From positions 96,001 to 160,000 of IMG/VR virus record IMGVR_UViG_3300028603_000017: DNA of 64,000 nt; one strand, 5' to 3'. Positions within the stretch are counted from its first letter, which is position 1; every line of letters begins with the position of its first letter. The stretch is from a virus. Lineage: Duplodnaviria; Caudoviricetes. The translations under genes and the position numbers were made by a program. This document shows positions 50,549 to 60,321 of the stretch, piece after piece. Below the pieces are notes generated by a model that made no database searches, was not told where the DNA came from, and was given only the letters and a program-made list of their open reading frames with translations.

Positions 50549-52672
50549 ATGACCGCGACTACAATCGTTAATGCGGCTCCGATGATTATTCAAAGAGGTA
50601 CTCAGGATCTGAGTACGCGGCAAGTATCACGAGAGCCTGAAGCGATCCCTACTCACCTACCTAAAGCTTATATCTATGCCCAAAAGGGTCTGACTACTCC
50701 TCAGCTGGTGGTCGGTGGTTCTCTGGTTTCTATGTATGGTGCTGATACTTTTGACGAACGTCTTCAGTATGCAAACCATGCGACTGTGATGGTTAATATC
50801 ATCAACGCTGAAGGCAATGCTCAAATGGTAGAACGTATTGTACCTGCGGATGCAAATCCCGCAGCCAATATGCTGCTATCTCTGGATATCCTGCCTACCA
50901 AGGTAATTGATTATCAGCGTAACTCGGACGGCAGTATTGCTACTGACGTTAATGGTGATCCTATTCCTCTGTTAGATGGAAATGATGATCCTATTGAGAT
51001 AGACGGCTACAAGATGAAGTGGGTAGTTTCTAACTACTCCGACCAAACCGGTGAAGACAACTTTGGTCTAATGACCGTTGTAGCTGGTGATCAAAGTGAT
51101 GGTGGCACTCAATCTCAACGCTATCCTATCCTACAGTTTAAAGCCAGCTCTCAAGGCGCTTGGGGTAATAACGTAGGTTTCCGTATGTGGGCTCCTACCA
51201 AGCAAACTGGTTTTGGTATCTCAGATCGTCTGCTGGCTGAAGAGAAGGTTTATCCTTATCGCGTCTCTGTGATTACTCGCACTAATGAATTCACGACTCC
51301 TAAGGTTGTCGAAAACCTCTATGGCGAGCAATCTGTTGAAGTTGCTCTAAAGAGTGGCGTTATTGATCCTGCTACTGATAAGGAGCTGTTCATTGGTGAG
51401 CACTTCCTGTCTTACTACCAGAACTTTACGGATGTGAACTATCCTCCTCTGGTTGGTGATATCGGTGAGATCTACGTTTACGAAAACAATATTGCTACTG
51501 TTCAAGCGATGCTGTATGCTGCTGAATGGGATTATATTGAAGCTAGCTCTACACCTGGTGATATCCAAGAAGACTTCACAGGTGCTGATGATGAAGAGTA
51601 TCTTTACAACATCGTCTCTGGTGTAGCCAGCTCTGGCTATCCTTACCATACTCTGGCGTGGGACACTACTGCTGGCGCTGTGGCTATGGGTGTGAGTACC
51701 AACATATTCCTCAATGGTGGCTCTGATGGTACCATGAACGATACTGACTTTGCTGCTTCTGTATCTGAGCGTGTTGCTGAATATAATAATGTTAACAGCG
51801 AGTTGCTTGATATTGCTCAGAATGTGGAATCTGTGATCTATGACTCTGGCTTCCCGCTAGAGACTAAGTACGATCTACTGAACTTCATCGCTATCCGTAA
51901 AGACACTTTCGTCAACCTAGGTACACACACGGTTGGTGAACGTCAGATGACCGCCAGTGAAGAAAACGCTACTGCTATTGCTTTACGTACTCGCGCACAG
52001 CTGTTCCCAGAATCTGATTACTTCGGCACGCCTGTTTGCCGAGCTATGATCATGGGTCGCAGTGGTGTACTGCGTAGTCGTCAGTACAAGCAGCGTGTTC
52101 CTGCTACCTTTGAGATTGCTCAAAAGTCAGCTCGCTACATGGGTGCTGGTAATGGTCGCTGGAAGAATGGTTTTAACTTTGATGGTGGTCCTGGTCACAT
52201 CGTTGAATCTCTAAAGGACATCAACGTGGTTTATACACCTGCTGCTGCACGTAACCGTGATTGGGATGCAGGTCTGAACTGGATTATCCGTTATGACCGC
52301 TCTAGCCTGTGCATTCCTAGTCTACAGACTGTTTACAGCAATGATACTTCAGTGCTGAATAACTATCTGACTGCTATGGCTATTTGTGAGATCAATAAGG
52401 TAACGGATCGTGCATGGCGTTACTTCACAGGTGTCTCTAACCTGACCAACGCACAGTTGGCTGAGCGTGTAGATAACTTCATCTTAGAGCGTCTGAATGG
52501 TCGCTTTGATGGTCGGTTCATCTTTGACTCTGTCACTTCGTTCACTCAAGCTGACCTTGAGCGCGGTTACAGCTGGACTACCGCTGTTAAGATCTGGGCA
52601 GCGAATATGAAGACTGTAATGACCACGTACGTTCAATCTTACCGTCTGGACGACTACGAGGCAACCGCTTAA
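50549..52672 (+). CDS. Tail sheath protein (phiKZ gp29-like); ATG at 50549 preferred
   Basis: About 707 aa; PTHLP, GGSDGTM, IYDSGF and FPESDYFGTPVCRA; AAGGA RBS before 50549; followed by the tube gene. Confidence 0.88.
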   Translation: MTATTIVNAAPMIIQRGTQDLSTRQVSREPEAIPTHLPKAYIYAQKGLTTPQLVVGGSLVSMYGADTFDERLQYANHATVMVNIINAEGNAQMVERIVPADANPAANMLLSLDILPTKVIDYQRNSDGSIATDVNGDPIPLLDGNDDPIEIDGYKMKWVVSNYSDQTGEDNFGLMTVVAGDQSDGGTQSQRYPILQFKASSQGAWGNNVGFRMWAPTKQTGFGISDRLLAEEKVYPYRVSVITRTNEFTTPKVVENLYGEQSVEVALKSGVIDPATDKELFIGEHFLSYYQNFTDVNYPPLVGDIGEIYVYENNIATVQAMLYAAEWDYIEASSTPGDIQEDFTGADDEEYLYNIVSGVASSGYPYHTLAWDTTAGAVAMGVSTNIFLNGGSDGTMNDTDFAASVSERVAEYNNVNSELLDIAQNVESVIYDSGFPLETKYDLLNFIAIRKDTFVNLGTHTVGERQMTASEENATAIALRTRAQLFPESDYFGTPVCRAMIMGRSGVLRSRQYKQRVPATFEIAQKSARYMGAGNGRWKNGFNFDGGPGHIVESLKDINVVYTPAAARNRDWDAGLNWIIRYDRSSLCIPSLQTVYSNDTSVLNNYLTAMAICEINKVTDRAWRYFTGVSNLTNAQLAERVDNFILERLNGRFDGRFIFDSVTSFTQADLERGYSWTTAVKIWAANMKTVMTTYVQSYRLDDYEATA

Positions 52673-52677
52673 TTAAT

Positions 52678-52701
52678 GACTAGGGACTACGGTCCCTGGT
52701 C
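52678..52701 (+). promoter_or_regulatory. cUACGg tetraloop hairpin between sheath and tube genes
   Basis: GACTAGGGAC-TACG-GTCCCTGGTC with no U-tract; possible mRNA stabiliser or processing site. Confidence 0.5.
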
Positions 52702-52733
52702 TAATGATTAATTTTCTCAAGGATATAACAATC

Positions 52734-53609
52734 ATGGCTACACGCGTCACCGAAGCACTGCTAGAAGGTCGTGCATTTTCTCGTGGCACCACACAACCTA
52801 TGCTGGACCCCTCATATGGTGGTCAGATGGGTTACTCTCCTGATCTGAGAGAATGGGTGTCTAACGCCAATTACGTTCGTCGTAACGTATTTGGTCTACT
52901 GCTAGAAGCTCCTAAGGCTTTTAGTCGTCTAACTGATAAGAACCCTGATATCTGGGTACGCGCTTTGCGAGCTCTCGTAGAGCTGCATCCCCGCAGTATC
53001 GAGGGTCTGAACGCAGGTCTGACTGTTGAGACCGCTGAAACCCCTGTGGGTGGTGGTGGTGAGCAACAAGAAGAATTCGTTAACGTTACTCGTGCTCGCT
53101 CTACGCCTACTTTTACGTGGGATGAGAAGTACGGTATGCCTATCCAGACGTTCCTCTATAACTGGATTACTTACGCACTGATGGATCCTGAATCTAAGGT
53201 GGCTAACGTAGGTACTCTAGCGAGCGGTTGGCCTGACGATATGCTACCGGACCAGTACGCAATGACGATGATCTTCATTGAACCTGATCCTACACACCGT
53301 AAGGTTGTTAAGAGTTGGCTATGCACCAATATGTTCCCTAAGGGTACTGGTGATATCATTGGATCGCGTGATCTGACTTCTGCTTTGAATCTGCAACAGA
53401 TCAATGTGGAATTCACCGCTCTGACTCAGTTTGGTCTGGGTGTTAACCAGCTGGCTCAACGTCTGTTGGATCAAATTAACATCACCAATGCTAACCCCTA
53501 CTTCCGTCCTGCTTTCGCTCAAGAAATCAGTGCAGACGTGGCTGCTGCTACCGCTACCGGCTACGAAGCAAAGGTGGAAGACCTGGGCAATACTGCTATT
53601 TCTGCTTAA
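52734..53609 (+). CDS. Tail tube protein (phiKZ gp30-like); ATG at 52734 preferred
   Basis: About 291 aa; GGQMG, YVRRN, IEGLNAGL, FIEPDPT and WLCTNMFPK; AAGGA RBS. Confidence 0.85.
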   Translation: MATRVTEALLEGRAFSRGTTQPMLDPSYGGQMGYSPDLREWVSNANYVRRNVFGLLLEAPKAFSRLTDKNPDIWVRALRALVELHPRSIEGLNAGLTVETAETPVGGGGEQQEEFVNVTRARSTPTFTWDEKYGMPIQTFLYNWITYALMDPESKVANVGTLASGWPDDMLPDQYAMTMIFIEPDPTHRKVVKSWLCTNMFPKGTGDIIGSRDLTSALNLQQINVEFTALTQFGLGVNQLAQRLLDQINITNANPYFRPAFAQEISADVAAATATGYEAKVEDLGNTAISA

Positions 53610-53617
53610 ATAGTAGA

Positions 53618-53663
53618 CATATCCTATACTCTAGAGTATTATCTCTAGAGTATAGGACTTATG
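53618..53663. terminator. CATA...TATG-flanked hairpin
   Basis: CATA-TCCTATACTCTAGAG-TATTAT-CTCTAGAGTATAGGA-CTTATG. Confidence 0.7.
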
Positions 53664-53738
53664 TCGTTATATTTAAAAAAGTATATTAAATAAATATAAT
53701 ATTGATATTACATATTTTTGTAAATAAGGAAAATTACA

Positions 53739-55946
53739 ATGATATTATTCTTAGATGATTGGAAGAAGTATCCGTCAGCTATTATTAATCTAGAGACAAC
53801 TAATGATAGCTGGATTAAGATTGTTAGTATCTATAAAGAGATGGGAATTAAAAACCATGCTTTTCCACTGGCTTTGGTAGATAGATCTTTGGTAGGTATA
53901 GATCCTTTTGATCCTGAGATTAGTTTAGAAAACCAAATTAGAGTAGCAGCTGAATGTAAAATCAATCCATGGTTTTACTTTAGAGAAATAGCTAGAGTAG
54001 GTGGTAGCGATGATGTTGTGGCAAATAAGTTCCAAGCCAATAGAGGTAACGTTTCTTTATTTTGGTCTTTTTTTAACCACATTACCTATATGCTTATTCA
54101 AATTCGTCAAACAGGTAAATCGTTTTCTACAGATACCTTAATGACTTATTTGTTAAATATTCGCTGTGTCAATACTCAAATTAACTTATTGACAAAAGAC
54201 GATACCCTCAGAAGTGAGAACTTAAACAGACTAAGAGATATTGCTGATGAATTACCTTTTTATTTAAAACAAAGAGGAAAAGGTGATATTAGCAATACTG
54301 AAGAATTATCAATTAAGTCTTTAGGTAATAAGTACCGTGGTCATTTACCGCAGAAATCTCCTAAAATGGCTTTGAACGTAGGTCGTGGTTTAACTTCACC
54401 TATCTTCCAAATTGATGAAGCACCATTCCAGCCTAATATCGAAATATCGATGCCTGCTGCTTTGGCAGGCGGCACTGCTGCTAGAGATAGAGCAGAAAAA
54501 AATGGAGACCCATGGGGCACTATTGTCACCACAACAGCTGGTAAACGAGACGATAGAGACGGTAAGTATATTTATAACTGGATGCTAGAGGCTGCTGAAT
54601 GGACTGAAAGGTTTCTAGATTGTAAAGATAGAAATGAACTAGAAGAGATGGTTAGAAGACATTCTCGCTCTGGTACTCTACGGATTAATGGTACGTTTAA
54701 TCATTTACAGTTAGGTAAAGATGATAAGTGGCTTAAAAAGGCTCTTGAGGATGCTGGTGCTACGGGTGAGGCTGCTGATAGAGACTTTTTCAATATTTGG
54801 ACAGCAGGCACGCAACTGTCTCCACTATCGACTGATGTGTTAGAGATGATCAGAAAGAGCTATATTGCACCACTGTACAACAGTATTTCTAAAATAGGTG
54901 GATACATCACCAGATGGTATATTCCTGAAAATCAGATAGAAACCATCATGAGAACTAGAAAGACTATAGCAACACTAGATACCAGTGACGCCAGTGGTGG
55001 TGATGATATTTCTCTGATTATTGAAGATGTAGAATCTGGCGAAGTATTAGCAGCAGGTACATTTAATGAAACTAATCTTATTAAGTTTGCACAATGGTTG
55101 GCATTTGAGTGGATTGTTAAGTATGAAAACTTAACAATGATTATTGAGCGCAGATCCTCAGGTGTGGCTATACTCGATTATTTGCTCTATATTTTACCTA
55201 ATGAAAATATAGATCCCTTTAAAAGATTATTTAATACCATTGTTCAAAACGCTGGTGAGGATCCACAAAGATACAATGAAATCTGTCAACCTCTATTTAG
55301 AAGAAGTTCAGATATTTATGAAAAATATAAAAAGAGTTTTGGCTTTGCTACTAGTGGCTCTGGTATGACTAGTAGAACAGAACTATATTCTTCCATATTA
55401 AGAGGTATGGCTAACAACGTTGGTGACAGAATTAGAGACTTAACCACAATTAACCAGATTACTGGTCTAGTTATTAGAAATGGTAGAGTTGATCACCAAG
55501 AAGGTGAGCACGACGATATGGTTGTTGCACGTCTTCTTGGTTATTGGTTCCTTACAATGGGTAAAAACTTACACCATTATGGTATTAATAGTAAACTTAT
55601 TTACACACACCTTAATACCAATAATAATGTTAAGCTCAATCCTTACGAAGAATATCAAATGGCTCAACAGCAATCTATTCGTTTACAAATGGATCAATTA
55701 CTAAATGAATTAAAAACTGTAAAAGATGAGTTTATTGCTGCTAAAATAGAAAAACAAATCAGAGCTTTAAATAATAATATTATCTTACAGGAAAATGAAA
55801 AGTTTTCTGTAGATGAGCTCATTAATTCCATTAGAGATAGTAAAAGAGATAGAGTAGTTAGAAACTATTTTAACAGAAGCTCAGACGCATACACTCAAAT
55901 GTCTGGTATAGCAGCTCCTGTAGATCCTACTAGAATATTCTTTTAA
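53739..55946 (+). CDS. terL: Terminase large subunit (phiKZ gp25-like)
   Basis: Walker A IRQTGKS, Walker B FQIDE, coupling motif TTTAG, nuclease LDTSDASG, IIERRSSG and HDDMV. Confidence 0.9.
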   Translation: MILFLDDWKKYPSAIINLETTNDSWIKIVSIYKEMGIKNHAFPLALVDRSLVGIDPFDPEISLENQIRVAAECKINPWFYFREIARVGGSDDVVANKFQANRGNVSLFWSFFNHITYMLIQIRQTGKSFSTDTLMTYLLNIRCVNTQINLLTKDDTLRSENLNRLRDIADELPFYLKQRGKGDISNTEELSIKSLGNKYRGHLPQKSPKMALNVGRGLTSPIFQIDEAPFQPNIEISMPAALAGGTAARDRAEKNGDPWGTIVTTTAGKRDDRDGKYIYNWMLEAAEWTERFLDCKDRNELEEMVRRHSRSGTLRINGTFNHLQLGKDDKWLKKALEDAGATGEAADRDFFNIWTAGTQLSPLSTDVLEMIRKSYIAPLYNSISKIGGYITRWYIPENQIETIMRTRKTIATLDTSDASGGDDISLIIEDVESGEVLAAGTFNETNLIKFAQWLAFEWIVKYENLTMIIERRSSGVAILDYLLYILPNENIDPFKRLFNTIVQNAGEDPQRYNEICQPLFRRSSDIYEKYKKSFGFATSGSGMTSRTELYSSILRGMANNVGDRIRDLTTINQITGLVIRNGRVDHQEGEHDDMVVARLLGYWFLTMGKNLHHYGINSKLIYTHLNTNNNVKLNPYEEYQMAQQQSIRLQMDQLLNELKTVKDEFIAAKIEKQIRALNNNIILQENEKFSVDELINSIRDSKRDRVVRNYFNRSSDAYTQMSGIAAPVDPTRIFF

Positions 55947-55954
55947 CTAAGCAT

Positions 55955-55993
55955 CATAGCTCCAGGTAGGGATTACCCTACCTGGAGCGTATG
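55955..55993. terminator. CATA...TATG-flanked hairpin between convergent genes
   Basis: CATA-GCTCCAGGTAGGG-ATTA-CCCTACCTGGAGC-GTATG. Confidence 0.7.
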
Positions 55994-56002
55994 TCGTTTA
56001 AT

Positions 56003-56392
56003 TTAAGCAGTATCCAAATCAGCATTGAGCAAATCAATGTAGGCTTCAATAAAAAACTCTCGCCTGCTACTTTCTTTCATGAAAATAGGAAAGAGTTTAG
56101 GAAAAAAGACTACTTTCTTTAAACTGTCTTTGAGTTTATCGGTAGCTAAATCATTATTAGCTGAATATAGCTGATAAACAGAAAACTCATAATTAGGTAC
56201 TAGTTTATGATGATTAACAATCAAATAGTTTTTCTTCTTACAATAAAAGTGAATTTCAACACCTTTAACAGTCCTAGCTACCATAGTAGATAAATCTGAA
56301 TCTGTGTAAGTAACTTCTTTGACTGAATGATTTTTATAAGTACCGAATAAAAAGTAATAAACAATAGATAAGAATCTAATAATTATTGCCAT
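56003..56392 (-). CDS. Hypothetical protein with hydrophobic N-terminus
   Basis: 129 aa in an operon. Confidence 0.45.
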   Translation of the reverse strand: MAIIIRFLSIVYYFLFGTYKNHSVKEVTYTDSDLSTMVARTVKGVEIHFYCKKKNYLIVNHHKLVPNYEFSVYQLYSANNDLATDKLKDSLKKVVFFPKLFPIFMKESSRREFFIEAYIDLLNADLDTA

Positions 56393-56396
56393 ATTC

Positions 56397-57632
56397 TTAC
56401 CTAGAATAATAGTTCATTGTCATAGCTCGTATGACAATATACAAAAGAAGTCCAGTCTTTAAACTGGCAATCATATTTTCATTTTTAGTAGAAGTAGCTT
56501 TTCTAACGATATTTTGAGCAAAGTCTCTAATCCTCAAGAGATTGACATCTGTTGATTTAGAGGACATATAGATACCTTTGAGTCTAGCTATTAAACTAGC
56601 AATATCTGTTGATTCTTTATAAACTGTTCTGCTATTGCTAAGATAAGCAAAAGCATGTGTTAAAGTCTCTTCTACTAAAATATCTACTTCCTTAGAAGAT
56701 AGATATTTAGAATTAACGGAACACCAAGACAGAGTCTCTAAAAATAACTTAGGGCTCATGGTGTGCATAATTTTGACAACCACATCCACCAAGTCTTGTT
56801 TGATAAAAGAGTTTTTATCAATAATGACAGAATTAAGGTAAGTAATGTATTTGGATAGATTTCTAGTAGAATCCTTTAAAGATTCCTCTCCATCAAAATC
56901 CATGACTGAAGACGTTGATTTAATTCTACCGCCCAAAGCTTTGACTTTCATCAACTCTCCCGTGATATTCTTGATCATATCACGAATTCTGCCTTGAGCA
57001 TCATTGATCATGTAAATAATCGCATTATCATCGGTAAAGTACTTAAACGTATTACCATGCAATTGATCGTCTGCAATCAAGTCTTTAACTCTGGCTTCTA
57101 GCGTAGCATACCAAGATCCATAACGCTTTATAGCATACTTCTTAGACAGTTGAGCATAAGTAGCTTCTGCTAAAGACTTTTCTACTGGATACCTATAATA
57201 CCTAAACAAAAGCGAAGTCACAAACTTATAATAAAGAATCAAACCACAATCGATCATGGCTTTTTCTTTTTGCTTTTGATTTAGGTAAGGTGAATTCCTA
57301 AACGAGTGTATTAACCACATGCAAATATGGTTAAAGATAGATGTCGATACATGAAACTTTGGATTGATGATAGGTATCTTTAAAAGCTCTTCTTCTAAAT
57401 ATACATCATCAGCTTCTAGTATGTCTGTAAACCACCTGTCCTCATCTTGGGAGGTAAACCTGACAATATGTACACCTGTCAGGTTACCACCGAAGAAAGC
57501 TAAATGATCTTCATTCTTATTGACAAAACTCGTTTGAAAGTCGTGAATCTTTTTTGCTAATTTTTCATCAAACTTTAAGTGTGATAAGTTATTATCAAAC
57601 AAAGCTTTGATTGCACCAGCCCCACGACTCAT
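56397..57632 (-). CDS. Virion structural protein (phiKZ gp32-like)
   Basis: FFGGNLTGVH, ATYAQLS.KYAIK.YGSW and LLYIVIRA motifs. Confidence 0.6.
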   Translation of the reverse strand: MSRGAGAIKALFDNNLSHLKFDEKLAKKIHDFQTSFVNKNEDHLAFFGGNLTGVHIVRFTSQDEDRWFTDILEADDVYLEEELLKIPIINPKFHVSTSIFNHICMWLIHSFRNSPYLNQKQKEKAMIDCGLILYYKFVTSLLFRYYRYPVEKSLAEATYAQLSKKYAIKRYGSWYATLEARVKDLIADDQLHGNTFKYFTDDNAIIYMINDAQGRIRDMIKNITGELMKVKALGGRIKSTSSVMDFDGEESLKDSTRNLSKYITYLNSVIIDKNSFIKQDLVDVVVKIMHTMSPKLFLETLSWCSVNSKYLSSKEVDILVEETLTHAFAYLSNSRTVYKESTDIASLIARLKGIYMSSKSTDVNLLRIRDFAQNIVRKATSTKNENMIASLKTGLLLYIVIRAMTMNYYSR

Positions 57633-57634
57633 TA

Positions 57635-58381
57635 TTATTCCCCTTTAGAGCGCTTTTTAAGCCATTGTACGAGGTTTTCAAACCCAATGACTACTGGGAT
57701 ACCCCTGACCTCAAAATAACTCTCTGTGGCTCTAGAAAACTTATCAGAGATATTGTACGCATTGATCTTAGAGACATTGCTAAAATCAATATATTCCATA
57801 ATCGGGCCGACTTGTCCATCAGCACCTAGCTCAGGTCCTACAAAGACTATAAACTCTTTACCAGCATTTTTAACTCTTTCATGAGAAGCTTCAATGACTT
57901 CTATTTCAGAATCAATTACGCTATCTTTGCCCATTACAGAATAAATGACTGCTTTAGGTGACTGTACGATATCCATATTGGCAGGCACTATTCTTAAGCC
58001 TGAGATATCTATCGTATCATCATTTTCTTTATTTTCAATAGCTGCTAGCTGAGTCGCTAGTATAGAGTCAATAGCAGCAGACTCAAAAGCTTTAGATAAA
58101 CTATTGAACTCATCGTCTTCAATAGGCTTTTTAGCAAAATACACATTCAAAGCCTGTGTATATATATTGGACAAAGGTCCATCCATGACAATAGTGTCTT
58201 TAACACCTTGTCCTTCATCATAAGTAAATTCAATCTGGTCATCGCTAGAATTAGCTACTGCTGCATTAGATCCTGCTGATCCAGAGCAAGTAGCACATTC
58301 TTCTAAACCAATACCGAGCAGTTTCATGGTTTGGTTATCCTTACTTAGTAAAATATAGTGTCCAGTATATCTACCAAACAC
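57635..58381 (-). CDS. Probable head protein, protease substrate (start may be the downstream ATG, MKLLGIGLEE)
   Basis: MDGPLS.IYTQALN motif; IGLE, AFES and ATES sites. Confidence 0.5.
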   Translation of the reverse strand: MFGRYTGHYILLSKDNQTMKLLGIGLEECATCSGSAGSNAAVANSSDDQIEFTYDEGQGVKDTIVMDGPLSNIYTQALNVYFAKKPIEDDEFNSLSKAFESAAIDSILATQLAAIENKENDDTIDISGLRIVPANMDIVQSPKAVIYSVMGKDSVIDSEIEVIEASHERVKNAGKEFIVFVGPELGADGQVGPIMEYIDFSNVSKINAYNISDKFSRATESYFEVRGIPVVIGFENLVQWLKKRSKGE

Positions 58382-58463
58382 TATGTTAAGAATTTTGTTG
58401 ATAGCTATTATAATTAGTGAATAATACCATCACAAATAATTTCAGCTAAAATACTTTTAACCA

Positions 58464-58471
58464 CATATTAC
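58464..58471 (+). promoter_or_regulatory. Candidate early promoter core CATATTAC
   Basis: TTTTAACCA-CATATTAC upstream of two small non-structural genes; matches 42993. Confidence 0.45.
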
Positions 58472-58530
58472 CAAAGCGATATCATTTCAAGCATGATTAA
58501 ATTCACTTGTATTTCTAAAGGAAGAAATTT

Positions 58531-58863
58531 ATGTGGTTGATTATCAAGCAAACTGAACTAGATAGTGAGATCTTTACAATTCTAAGATCTGATATTGCTG
58601 ATAAGTATATCAAAATCCTAATCAGAGACTTACAAGCTAATCCTAAACTCAAGTTTGATAACAAACCTATTGGTGTAGGAAAATTCGTAGCACTAAAAGT
58701 CAATAACTCGGCAGATGATCTCATAACACAATGCTCTGACCTAGATCATAATTCTAACGCCGTAATAGAATTTACTGAACAAATAATCAAACGTATTCAT
58801 AACGAAACTATAGCTAAAGATCTCACATCCTCTCTTATCTCTAAACTCAAAGCTAAAGCCTAA
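58531..58863 (+). CDS. Hypothetical protein
   Basis: 110 aa with an AAGGA RBS. Confidence 0.5.
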   Translation: MWLIIKQTELDSEIFTILRSDIADKYIKILIRDLQANPKLKFDNKPIGVGKFVALKVNNSADDLITQCSDLDHNSNAVIEFTEQIIKRIHNETIAKDLTSSLISKLKAKA

Positions 58864-58865
58864 TT

Positions 58866-59249
58866 ATGTTCAGTATTGCTTACAAAATCCAAGAATATGG
58901 TGAAGTCGTCTTTTGTGACAATAGTGACAATATTGTTGTTCTTATCCTAACTCAACTTGAACACTATCTCAAAGGAGAGTATTTTAACCCTCCTATCAAA
59001 CCTATCAAGCAATTTCATATCGGTTGGAGTAAAACCAATACAATCGATATTGTCTTTCAATTCAATACCGACCTCATTGAATCACCTGCTAAGTTAATCC
59101 CAGCCATTAAACAACAGCTAGAGCTTTATCACAAAACACCAGTATCTGACGCGCAACCTTACACATATCCTGGAACAGATAAAGTTAGTCCATCAGCTTT
59201 TACTTTTTCATTCCCAATTAGAGTAAATACCTCTAATTGTTCAGACTAA
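58866..59249 (+). CDS. Hypothetical protein
   Basis: 127 aa, 2 nt after the previous stop. Confidence 0.5.
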   Translation: MFSIAYKIQEYGEVVFCDNSDNIVVLILTQLEHYLKGEYFNPPIKPIKQFHIGWSKTNTIDIVFQFNTDLIESPAKLIPAIKQQLELYHKTPVSDAQPYTYPGTDKVSPSAFTFSFPIRVNTSNCSD

Positions 59250-59265
59250 TTAAGAATTAAACTGT

Positions 59266-59321
59266 CATACTCTCCTACTACCTCAACAAGGTAGTAGGAG
59301 TAATCTATTCTTTTGTTTTTT
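59266..59321 (+). terminator. Rho-independent terminator-like hairpin with U-tract
   Basis: CTCCTACTACCT-CAACA-AGGTAGTAGGAG followed by TTCTTTTGTTTTTT. Confidence 0.65.
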
Positions 59322-59905
59322 GATTTAAACTAGATTTAAGAGCTTTAAATGATAAACCTATACCTATTCATCAATTGTAATAGTTTTAGTCTTTATAATC
59401 CTTCTAATCGATTTTAAAATAGGTTTTATGAGTTCAGTAGACTAAATTCTTAGATTCTTTAATAATATCTATTAGCCTAACCTACCTACTAGTCTTTACC
59501 AGTAGAGTTTTACTAATCTCTTTATTTTTTCATCTAGATCTTCTTTTAATCTCTTAATCTGTTTTAGCATCATAATAGCTAGGTAGTACATACTACCTAG
59601 CTTTATACTCTATTTTATTAATCAAGAATAGTATTGATAGTTAATATATTTTTTTCCGTCTATAGTAGGGGCTGCGCCCCTACGACAGCGCTATTAATGC
59701 GTTCTTATTAGTTATTCAGTTTATATACAATGTTTATTGGCATTATAGATATACAGATATAACTTAGCTTCGCACAACCATAGGGTAGGTAGGACAACTG
59801 GGGAAAAAGTTTTTGACAACATGGTCGAGATGTAAGCCCAGTCAGATCCTACACTCACTAACTTTTTCCATAACATATATAGTTAATAAAATAATTACTT
59901 ACTAT

Positions 59906-60262
59906 CTAACAATAACTCCTACTCTTACTCCTGTTATAGACTCTTCTCTCAAACCTATCTTTACAATAACTCTTATTACAGGACTTAATCTCATTAGGTA
60001 ACCATTGAAGATTACCAATATTGTCACATCCTCCACAAGCTAGAGGTATGACATGATCAATAGCAAATCCAGGACAGCTAACAGAGTGCTTACCTGTACT
60101 AGGGCAGGGATAGAGTTTAACAAAGTCTCTTAACACTTTAGTATCTCTTAATATCCTACCTCTATCATCTCTTTGGATATTGTTACATATCCTAGGATCT
60201 ATTATATCTTGAGCTTCTGTAGATATTGGTAATAACAGTAATATCAATAGCAAATACTTCAT
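59906..60262 (-). CDS. Signal-peptide-bearing, Cys-rich HNH nuclease (118 aa; ATG at 60262 preferred)
   Basis: MKYLLLILLLLPISTEA|Q signal peptide; PCPSTG...CPGFAIDHVIPLACGGCDNIGNLQWL HNH motif. Confidence 0.75.
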   Translation of the reverse strand: MKYLLLILLLLPISTEAQDIIDPRICNNIQRDDRGRILRDTKVLRDFVKLYPCPSTGKHSVSCPGFAIDHVIPLACGGCDNIGNLQWLPNEIKSCNKSYCKDRFERRVYNRSKSRSYC

Positions 60263-60277
60263 AGTCACTTTCACTAA

Positions 60278-60315
60278 CATATACTCCAGGTAGCTTATCA
60301 CTACCTGGAGCTATG
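60278..60315. terminator. CATA...TATG-flanked hairpin
   Basis: CATATA-CTCCAGGTAG-CTTATCA-CTACCTGGAG-CTATG. Confidence 0.65.
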
Positions 60316-60321
60316 ATGGTT

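Noticed and set aside
59906-60301. Free-standing HNH as the trans-acting homing nuclease for the introns
   Set aside because: It has a signal peptide and no DNA-binding extension; the ORF-track 13-aa N-terminal extension overlaps a hairpin and is probably not translated.
9634-60315. Palindromic elements as a CRISPR array or IS/MITE ends
   Set aside because: They are dispersed singly with variable stems; no spacers, cas genes, transposase or target-site duplications are visible.
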